IMG/VR virus record: IMGVR_UViG_3300020200_000009
Span: 1 to 64,000 of that record
From: a virus
Direction: 5' to 3' (one strand)
Length of the DNA stretch: 64,000 nucleotides
Under the pieces are notes generated by a model. It made no database searches, was not told where the DNA came from, and saw only the letters and a program-made list of their open reading frames with translations. Of the stretch, positions 18,701 to 30,700 are shown in pieces. Both the position numbers and the translations under genes were made by a program. Position 1 is the first letter of the stretch; each line of letters opens with the position of its first letter.

Positions 18701-21700
18701 CAATCGCTCTTGACCAAGAGAAGAGAATTTATATCTGTGGATATACAGATACAAACTCTCCTGATCCAGACGACATGTGGGTTATCCAATGTAGTATTGA
18801 TGGGGATATTAAAGAGAAGCGTAAGATTGCATCTGAAGATGCATCTGAAAAGATGTATCAGATTCAAATGATAAAAGATGACATATTCTTCTTTGTTGGA
18901 GTAAATGAGGATAATGACGATTTACTCTTTGGTCAATTTGAATTTGATGGTGCAAATATTGAAGTTGATTGGATTAATCAAATTCCTGTTATTGGTGGAC
19001 AAGTGCAAAATCCAAAATTTGCATTTGATGAGTATGGAGCATGTGTTGTTGTTTGGGATGTATTTAACTCAGTAACTGCTAAAGTTGAAAAAATTCAAGT
19101 TAGTAAGTTTCTGTTAGAAACTGCTAGATCTGTATGGGATTGGTCCAAGACTGTTACACTTTCAACAACATTCACATCCATTAATAACGCTGGAATTTCT
19201 GTAGATATATTTGGTAACTATGTAGTAGTATCTGATGTAGTAACAGAGCAGAATGAAAAATTTGCAATAATTCATTACTTAAAATATGATGGCAGTATCC
19301 TTAAAGAAACTAAAGTTAAAGATGTAACTAATATTGGATTTAGTGCAAAACATCACACCACAGATAATTCTGGTGATTGTATTATCGTAGCAAATCGTCA
19401 ACAATCAAACCAATTAGCATCCTTTAGATTTAATACTTTTGGAAACCTAGAATTTGATTTTACAAAACAAAAGTTAGCAACTTGGTCATATGTAGACCAA
19501 ACAAATGTAACTTTAGACTCAACTGTATTTAAATATGGCACTCGGTCATTGAAGTATCTTGCTGGAGGTAAACCAGCAAAACTGAATAATTTTAATATTA
19601 CTCCAGTTGAATGGTCAATGAGAGCATGGTTCTCAATGAAGACTACTGCTTGGTCAACCGCCCATGAACCTGTATTCTTTGAAGTTGTCCCTGCTACTGG
19701 TAGCAAGATTCGTTTTAGTATCGATGGCAATTCAAGTAGTCCCAATTATCAAAAAGTATTAGTATACGTCAATTCCACTTTAGTTGCATCCTCAGTTTCA
19801 CAAACCAGTTGGACTGCCTTCGGTGGCGCTGCTTGGGTGCACATTACCTTCCAGAAGCGTTTAGAATCTCTTGGTCTCTATAAGTATGAAGTATTTGTTA
19901 ATGGTAATCTCCAATTAAGTTATCAATCCACTACTGACATTGGTCTTGATGATGTTGTAATCGGTGGTCCTGTAACATCACCAACTACAACTAACTGCTT
20001 TATCGGTAATATTGACGATTTGGTTATTGATGATATTGCACCATACTTTAACTCATACACTGTGCCAACAGCTGAAATTGAGATAACCACTAGAGACTCT
20101 GATGTTGCATTAATTAAGTTTGATAGATTACATACAAACCGCGATACCTTTACTTTTGCAGATTTAACAAAGTATAAAGACTTTGAATTTAGTGATATTG
20201 AAAGTACTACAACTTGGACAGACATTGTTATTCCTGGATTTACTACCTGGGAACTAGGTCCTGGTGGATTACAAATTCTCGATATGTCTCAGGTAGTGTC
20301 AACCTTTAATCCAACAACATTTAATTTAACTACTAAAAAATATCAATATACATCAAAAACCTCTACAATTCCTTCTCCTAGAGGTAAGAGATTACTGATT
20401 ACATCCGAAGTAATTAATAAATTCTACTTAAAAGATGCATCTTATCAAAAAATTGATAATGTGATGAATATTGTATTAAATCAAGATGTAAAATTCACAA
20501 AATATGCTCTTTTACAACAATTTAATTCTTTAGGTGTTGTTTCAGCATTTGGCACAATTGTAGAAGTCCCAACAGGATCTTTAACACAACCTGGAGTTGG
20601 AAATACCTATAAAATTGGTAAAGTTTTTGGCACCTTCAACACTACAGATAGATTAAAAACTAGTGTAGGTGATATTAACCACATTGAAGGAGAATACTTT
20701 GATACTGAAGAAGCAGAATCTCCCTGGCAACCTGGCAAAGCGTATGTAGTCGGAAATAGAGTATATTCAAACAAGAGAATTTATGCTTCACAGACAGATG
20801 GAGTTTCTGGCACCATTTCACCACAACATACAGCTGGTACTGCAACTGATGGGAATCTCAATTGGGCATTAGTCGGTAATGCAGGTATCTTTACTATAAA
20901 CTTGGCAGAAAAACCATATCCAAGACCAAAATATACAGATTTGGATATGCCTGAGTGGGATGCTCATAAGTTATATGCTGTTGGTCAAAAAGTATGGTGG
21001 AAATTAAACGTTTATACAGTAGCAACTGGTGGAGGTGGAGTTTCTGGGACTAATCCTCCAGTTCACTCTAGTGGTAATGCATCCGATGGTGGAGTAACTT
21101 GGAGTCATACATCTACTAACACACCAATTTCTTCATTTGCAAGATTTTTACCATATGACCAAGGAAATCATTACAGTGTTACTATTGAAGAAATACATCC
21201 TGGGTCGAATTTTATTCCTGGAGATGTAGTAACTTTTAATCAATCAAATCTTCAATTGTCAACAGATAGAAAAGTTGCAACTATTCTTGGATTTGCATCT
21301 GTTAAAAAAATTCGTGTTACAGCACGTTTAGAAAAAGATATTATTCCACAAACTCCTACTAGGACAAATTTAGTATACTGCACATCATCGACTCCACACT
21401 TCTATAAGGAATCAGATATTATTTTCAGTGAGGGATTCCAAGGCACTCAATTCAATGGGTCATTCTTTGTTAAGGATGTTATTGGTAGTAGAGATTTTAT
21501 ATTCGCAATCCGATCAACTGCTCTTACAGCACCACAATTTACTTCAAATGCAATTGCAAATGTTAATATCTATGCTAAGCACCCAACATTAACTTTTACA
21601 CGTAATCATCAATATAATTTTGATTTGAGTGATGCATCTAATTTTGGTTATTATCTCTCATTCTCTCAAGATAATCAATATAAATTAGAATATTCATTCA

Positions 21701-24700
21701 ATAATATTATTAGGGAAGGCACTCCAGGGATAGCTGCTCTAGGAGCTGCACCATTTGTTAAATTCCTAGCAATCGGTGCTCTTACAAATATTTCTTATTA
21801 TTTCGATCCATCACGCATTGGTAATACATCTCCAGTGGGAGCAAATTCATTTATTGACGTATTAGAAACTCCATTCAAAGGACGATTTAAAATCAATGAG
21901 GTCACTAATGATTTCACCTTTAAATTCCCGCTTTTGATAGAACCAGAAAGGTCATCTGCAGAAGTTGGAGCTGACGACCAGGATAATGAATATTCATATT
22001 ATTCAACTACTTCAGTAAAAGCAGTTGGTCCAATCAACTCAATTAAACTTGTTTCTCCTGGTGGATTCTATAAGAAACTTCCAATTGTTAAAGAAATTGC
22101 ATCTTTCCGCAGAATTGAAAAAATTATTATTGTCTCTGGTGGCACAGAGTATGCCCCTGGTGTATATTACGATGTCCCTATTTTTGGAGATGGAGAAGGA
22201 GCAAAATGTATTGTTACTGTAGATTTTGATGATGAAGTGGGGTCTGGCACCGTAGTCGATATTGATATATCGGACCCAGGAAAAGGATATACCTTTGCAA
22301 CTGTAGATATTGATGCAATCCCAGGAATTTTAGGACCACAACTTGCTGGCTCTGGTGCTGTAGCTACGGTAATCATTCCAGAAGAAGGTAGCGGATCGTC
22401 AGTATTCCTCACTGGTAAGAATATTGGTAAGATTAAGAGATTAAAAAATAATGAATTTGGATTTGGTTATTCACATGACTACACATTAAAACCAGAAATT
22501 ACATTCCCAGTTAATTTACAGTTATTCAATACTTCTATTCTATCTCAAATCAAGGTTACTAATCCTGGTAGTGGATATACATCTGCTCCTGCAGTAGTTA
22601 TTGAAGGTGGTGGCGGTACTGGTGCTGATGCACTTGCAATTATTAAGAATAATCGTTTAAGTGAAATTCAAATTAAAAATCCTGGGTCTGGATATTCATC
22701 AGAACCAACAATAACCCTTAAATCAGAATTTAACTACGTAGTTAACCTTGACCTCAACTATTTGCAGTTTAATTTCCCGCATGGTATTACAACTGGTGCT
22801 CCAATTCAACTTAGAGCTGAAGATGTCGGCACTACTGTTGGTGAGCTTCCAAAACCAAGTAGTGCTGGTTTAACAACTTTAGTTGAAGGACAAATTTATT
22901 ATGCAATTACTGGAGATATAAACTCTCTTGAGCCAGCTCAACTTAGATTTGCGTTAACAGCACAGGCTGCAGCTGCTGGCGATTACATTACATTTTTAAC
23001 ACAAGGTAGTGGTCGTCAAGTTCTATTGACGGAAGTCTTCGGTGGTAAAGCCGAAGCAGTTGTAGAAACTTCAAGATTCTTAGCAGGCGAAACAGTATTC
23101 CAAGGAAGCACTATTGAGCAGGCGACTGCAATAGGTAAAGTATCTACAAATACTGGATGGCAGATTGGTCCCAAAATTCTAAAAATTGTTGATTATGAAG
23201 GAGATTGGAAAATCGGGGAAAAGGTAAACGGTGTTATTTCTAAAGCATCTGGAGTAATTGATAATTTGAGCATGGCTCGTGGTGTGTTGAATATTGGGTC
23301 ATTAACTAAAACTCCTGGTAAGTTTATTGATGATGTGGGCAAACCTTCAGAAATTGTCCAAAAAATTCAAGATTCATTCTTCTATCAAAACTTCTCATAT
23401 GTTGTTAAGTCTGATATTCCAATTACAAGATGGAAAACCCAAATTTTACGAAATAACCACGCAGCTGGATTCTTAATGTTTGGACAATTGCAATTGTCTG
23501 GTGGAAAAGATATATCTGGACGTAGAGTTGCAACGGCGTTTACAAAAGAAGTAAACATTAATAACTATGCAAATATTAATGAAATCACTTCTTTTGCTGC
23601 GGCAGAACCAATCTATACCGACTATAATAATACAGAAGTCCTTTTCCGTAAGAAGCGTTTAACATCTTCAGAAGAAATTCTGACTTCTATCGTTAAAAAA
23701 TTGGACAATATAGCTAATCTCTTTAATGGAATTGATAAAGCATTCCCATTAACGATTCAAGGGGAGCAAGTAGTAATTAATACTAATCAGTTGCTTATTA
23801 CACTGAATGGTGTAATTCAATCTCCTGGAGATGCATATCAAGTAGTTGGCGGAAATATTGTATTCTCAGAGCCACCTAAACCGTCATCTAAGGTAGTTTA
23901 TAAAACATTAGGAATTACTCCTATACCGATTTATAGAATTGCTTTATATAGTGCACAGGTTGGTGCTACTAATTATGGTATTTTCCCAACATTAGGGCAA
24001 CAAGTAAAGGGCAATAATAGTAATGTTATTGCTACAGTAATTGATTCTGGCACAAATCATATTGATGTTATTAATCTTACTGGTGGGTCATTCCAATTGA
24101 ATGAAGAAATTGTTAGAGGAAATTTATTCTCTGCATTAGTACAAACAGTAACTCTTCTTAATACTGAAACTATCTTTAGATTTGAGGAAACAGTTACTAA
24201 TTTAAGTGGAAATACGGCAGTTATCAATCAAGTTAATGTCAATAATGGTCAATTAACAGATAGAGTAGTTGTAAGTAAAACATCTGGCACTGCTGAATAT
24301 GAGACAGGAATTTTTGATATTAAATTAAACGACTTCATTTATTCAGCATCTAGTAAAATTGCTGGTAAGGTAACATATATTTCACCTTATGTTGACCCAC
24401 AAACTAATCAACCTGTTGAAGAATTAATTCTCAACCAAGGGTCAACTTTTTACGGATTGCTGTTTGAGCGTTTAGTTAGTATTACCAATCCCAATATTAT
24501 CCTTGATGATATTTCAAAATCATCTATTACTCCAACAGAATTATATGACTCAGATAAACGTATTAATTCCAGTTTCTTAAGTTTTGAAGATGTAAGAAGC
24601 ACAGAAGTTGAATATACAGATCTTGCTAATGGCACTTTAGTAGACGAAGAATTTGTTGCAAACAAAAAAGTAGTTTATGCAAATCCCGTTTCGGCATATC

Positions 24701-27700
24701 ATGGAAGTGCTACTAATAGATTTAAAGATGCATCAGACATGATTAAATTCAATAAGCAAGAAATTATTGATTTTGCTGAAGCTGAAATTGCTGTGGAATT
24801 CCCAGACTTTTACTTCCCTGGTGATGTTATTACAAATCCATTCAGCAGATATTCAGATGCTTATAGAATGATTCAGAAAAATAAAAATCTGATTGTGGGT
24901 ATGGCATATGATGATATGAAGACCCAGTATCCATCAGCAACTATACCAAATGTTAATAAGTGCAAGAGAGATCTTACTTATTTCGTAGATGCATTGTCAA
25001 TTGACGTTTTCCGTGGGGGAAATGTATATACTAGAAAATTCACTTTGCAATATTTTGTCAATGGCACTTTCACTTATGTAAATGCTCAAGAATTAGAGAC
25101 TCGTTTCGCTTACGAAAAAGCACTGAGCTGGATGAAGAAAGCAATTACTAATCAACTGGCTGGCACTATTACTGCAGTAAACTCTACAGATTCTTGGGTT
25201 GGATATCAAGATTTAACAATCACTGCAGACCCATCACCAAATGACCCATATGGCACAAATGGAAGTAATACAAGTAACACAAATATCGATGTCTGCTCAG
25301 ATGTACAAGACGCTCTTGAAACACTTTGGGAGATAGTTGATGTTGCTTTGGGTGATGGCGACCTCACTGAATTACCAGATGAAGACCTAGGCACATATTC
25401 TCCTAATGAAATTAAGTGCCGTCGCGATATTGGTCTCTTTATTGATGCTATTGCAGATGATGTAGATAGAGGTGGAAACTATAACATTGTAAAATTCACT
25501 AAAAAATATTTCAATACTAGTGGACAACCTATTACAAATGGTTTAGTTAATGAAGAAGCACAGTCAGTTGTTGCATTTGAAAAAGCAAGAGACCTTGCAT
25601 ATAGAGCAATTAATAATCTCTTATACTATAAGATTCTTTCTCCTGTCAGTCCTAATTACAATCTTAACGACCCTCTGAGTTACGGTGGTACTGCACCAGG
25701 TCATACTTATGACGCAAACTATAGTTCTGGTAATAATCAAGATGTTGCAAACTGTGCTGATGTTAAATCGTATATTGCAACACTTACTGATATTGCAGTT
25801 GATGCCATCGTTGCTGGAAATCTGGATAACATTAATGCACTGTCAAGTATTACTGATGGCACATATGAAGACGGTGAAAATGTTAGGTCAACTAAACTTG
25901 CCTTTAAGAATAAATCTACAGGATTATTCACAACTGGAGACCAGATTAAAGGTGTAACTAGTAATGCAATTTTCAAAGCAATTGGGTCTAATACAGGACT
26001 GAAGTGGATTTATGCTGGACCAATCACTGGAACATTCCAAGTTGGTGAGTATATTACAAATTCAACTCTTACAAATCAAGGTGGTGTTACTCAAAGTGTT
26101 GTTGTTAAGAAAGCAGAATTAAGTGGCACAAAATCTCTCAAATTCTCTGGCACCTCATATCTTAGTGCAGCAGAATCATATGATTTTAATTTTGGTGCTG
26201 TAGATAATTTTACACTTGAGGGTTGGATTAGACCATCTGGTATCACTGGCACCCAACATATCTTTGATTTAAGAAGGGTTGTTGATTCTGGGTTAAGAGT
26301 TATCATGGATAATAAAAAACTCAGAGTTTATGATGGCACAACATCATTAATCATTAGTGCAGATGTATTTAATACGGCAAACACATGGTATCACGTTTCA
26401 GTCGTAAGAACTAATAATGTCCTTCAGGCATATGTAAATGGTGCACAAGTTGGGTCTAATTATGCAGATACTAACAATTATAAGTATGCACCATGCTACG
26501 TTGGATCTAGTTTCCAGGGCACCAGTGCATTTACTGGATATATGGATAATGTATATGTGAAGAAGGGCGAGTCAGACCATACTGGTGCTTTCACACCCCC
26601 AACACAAATTGATTATACAGATAGTAACATTGTGCTTGGATTGGATGGAGAAGGTCCACTTATTGTTTCGACAACAGACACTTATGCAACGTTAACTAGT
26701 GTTAATGTGTATAGCTCAACTATCAAAGTAGTAGACTATGAGAATTTGAGTTTTGTAATTAAAGATATTGACCTTGGTAGAAAAGAATACAGAGATTGTG
26801 CAAAAATTATTGGTGTGAATTCAGCTTGGATTGCTGATGAAGCAGTTGGACGCATGAAAACTCAGTTTCCTGATTTCATTATGCCTGGAGATGACCCAGG
26901 AAGTAATCAATATGGTGGCACAAATTACTGCATAAGAGACACAAGAGATTTTATTATTCCAGCTTTGGTAAAAGATTTAGAAACTGGAGGAAATTATAAT
27001 ACTTTATATACTGCTCGTACATATCTGACAACATCTGGTAAATTGCAGCATATTGGAAATGAAATTCTTCAAACTGTATATACTTGGGATGAAGTAAGCA
27101 ATATTATGATTGATGTAATCACTACAGTAAGTAGTGATTTGACTGGTGCATATTCAGATAGACTTCGTATTCCAAATAATTTTGCTTCACCTGCATCACA
27201 AGCGGTGCAAGATGAAATCCGTAAACTTATGGATGACATGTTGGAGGTTATTGCACCATCTCCTGATAGATTCCGTGATTCTGGAGTTATTATTTGGAAA
27301 AACCGCGATTATATTGCTGATGAAGTTGTTGGTTATATTCAGAACAAATATGTCCAAACTCTTGGTGGTGTTGCAGTAGATTTCCTGATTATTCCTGGTG
27401 GAGATGCCGCATGTAAGAAAGATATTAAGACTTATATTATTCCAGCAATTATTGCTGATTTAGCGACAGGCGGCACATATCAAACACAAACTGTAATTGA
27501 CAATTATCTCGATAGTCAAAAGAATATTTTGTTTGTTGAAGATGAATTAAATCCAATGTTGGATGCATTTAATAGGACAAAAGAATTGTGCCAATATGCA
27601 ATTAATAATCTTCTGTTGAACCCAGGTGAAACTGCTGCTGGTTTAGGGGTGCCAACCTGGGTGCAAGATGACTATTATGAGCCACAATATACTACGAAAA

Positions 27701-30700
27701 ATGCATATCGTGATACAACAATTACTATTGATGATGAAGGATATCCACAAACCAATCGTGTCAAAAATGATAGATTCATTGATGCAACTAATTTAATCAA
27801 GTCTAATAAAGAATTAATTGCTCAAGAAGCAGTTGCAATAATGAATAATCTATCTAAATTTGGAGATTTACAAATTCCTGGAGGGCACGTTAACTGTGAA
27901 GATGATGTTAAAGATGTATTAGATGCACTTATCCATGATTTACTGTATGATTGCAATGATAGAATATATGGAGCAGCATCACTGTATATTGAGCCAGAAA
28001 ATAATTCTCTTAGACATATTGAGTCTGAATGGGAAGCATCTGTAACAACGTTTAAAATTGTTAGAGATATTGCAACTCTAACAATGAGAAATGCTTTCGG
28101 TAGAGATTATATTCCTGGCACAAATAGATCTACTACAGCTGTAGAAAGCTATGAGCAGAATCCAAAAGACACTATTTTTGCAGACTGCGGTAATGCAATT
28201 GATGGAAATATTCGTTATATTGCCGAGCAAGCAGTATATGATGGACAACAACAATATCCAACTCTTGTAATTCCAGGTGGCTCAATTAACTGTGTGCATG
28301 ATGTTACTGATATCTTAGAAGCTCTGGTATTTAACCTTAAGTATGGTGGTGATAACTGGATGCAATATGCTACAGAATACTATGTAAACTATTCTGGTAA
28401 TTTACAGCATATTACATCTCAATCAGCTCAAACTATTTGGATTTTGAATAGAGCTAGAGATCTTGCAATTAAGGCAATTAAAGATGCTCCAATTACAAAT
28501 AACTCTGGGTCTACTAATATTCAAAGATATTATGATGCTGCACCAAATCCAACAAACCAACTGAGAAATTCAAATCAAACAACTGGAGTTATTATTACTG
28601 CATTTAATAACTCAGTCACCAGAACGTTTGCAGCAGGTACAAATAATATTGAAAATGCTGACAATACTAGCACTGGTATGGATAACAGTGACGATTTTGT
28701 TGCTCGTTGTGTTACGATACTTCCATCAACTACTCCAGTGAATTGTGTATTATTTGAAGGTGGTAGCACTGCCCAGGGCACATGGATTGGTTTCAGAGAT
28801 AATGGCACTTATTTAAGATTACGTGCAGGTACTGGAACTACTGCATATTCTGGAGGTGCAAGTTATACTAGTGATACTGGATTAGCAATGTTAGATATTC
28901 CTGTCTCAACATTGACTACAGCTGGTTACATGGATGGTAACCAACATGAATTAGTCTGGGAAGTTAGAGTTGGCGGTAATATTGCAACTGGACCAGGAAG
29001 AGTTAGATTGTTTATTGATGGTAACCTTGTTGGCGAAGCATCTACACCTGGTGTTTTAAATACTGGTCTTGGCGCTGCAGCAGGACTTTGGTCTAATGGT
29101 AACGTAGGAACGTTTGCAGCAACTGCAGCTGCAGTACCAAATGGAGAGCCAACTACAGCATGGCCATACCAAATTACTGGCACCATGTCTTACTATCGTG
29201 GTCGTTTAGTAGACCCAGGTTATACTGGTAATGAGGCAGCAGCAGTTATTGCTGATATTACGACCTTAATGCAAAAAGTTACCAGTGGTATTCAAACTCC
29301 AGCAACGGTTGCAACTCGTACATATACCTTACCAATAGTTTGGCCAGTTAAATTTACTCCAGAATCTGTTAAGCGTGATTTAAGTATTACATTTGATTCT
29401 GCTGGCGGTGGCAGTGGTGCAACCAGTACTTGGAATGCTACATGCTCAGAAGTTGCTTCTGCAATCAATACATTAATGGAAATATTAATTGATACTATTG
29501 AAAATGCAGCAAATAGTAATATTAATTATCTTTCAAGTATAACTAGAACATTTAAACCAACAAATAATACCATATATCAATATGGCACTTGCCATGATGT
29601 TGTGTCTGCGATAGATACGCTGTTTACCTTAATGTCTGAGACATTAGGTGCTGGTGCAGAGAATGCAAAAATGGTTGCAAATATGATTCTCTTCAATCAA
29701 ACAGCAATTGCTACAAGAGCACTTGATAAAACTACTTCATATTATGGCACAACAAATCTAACGATTGGATTCTGTAATAATGTCCTTAAAGCACTTCGTT
29801 ATGACATGATTACTGGAGGAAATGGGGCAACATTCTACTTGCTGCAGAGTTGGTTTGATGGCGAAGGAAACTTTATTGCATTCCCCACTGTAACTAGGTC
29901 TCATTTAATATATTGCATTACAAGACTCAGAGAATACATTAAGAGTGCAATGTATTTACTAGGTAGTGACCCAGCGTGGGCAACATATACCACTTATGAC
30001 CCACCTGGAAGATTAGAATGGTATCAAGAAGCTGCAGAATTTATTATAGATTCTTCTCTTAACCCGATTGAATTTGCATTAAGAAATTCTAAATTCCCAA
30101 CTGAAGCAAAAGTAACATTCCAAGCATCTGCTCATGCAGTAAATCTTAAGAATACTTACAATATGGGAATTGATTACAATACTGACCCAGCACTTGTTAC
30201 TCTCTTACCATTGATAGAAGTCGGATACGAGCGTGCTGAATATAGAATTAGAATTAATCGTCCTAACTTCTTCCGTAGAGGAGATATTCTCCAATATGTC
30301 CCAGCATCGTCAACTCCTCTTACTGGTTTGCAAAGTAATGAATACTTCTATGTAATTAATGCAGAAGCAAGTTGGTTTGAAATTGGTGCCCACTATATTC
30401 ATGATGGAAGATTTAGAAAATTTGAGGTAAGCACTACAAATACTGGAGCACAAATTTTACAGGTTGTTAGAAGATCTGGAGTTGTACAGAAAGATCCTAT
30501 TTTTGCAGTTGACCCATCAGATACACCAGTGCTTGGAGGATTTAATCTATCTGATATAATCTATGGAGTTACTTCAGAAGCATCTGCTGAGGTTGGGTTT
30601 GTGCAGAAGAATCTGGCCAAGATATTCAAAACATTCAACAGATATGACTTGATTGATGTCTCTGAAACATTGGGCGTATATGACAACTTTATAAATGGTG

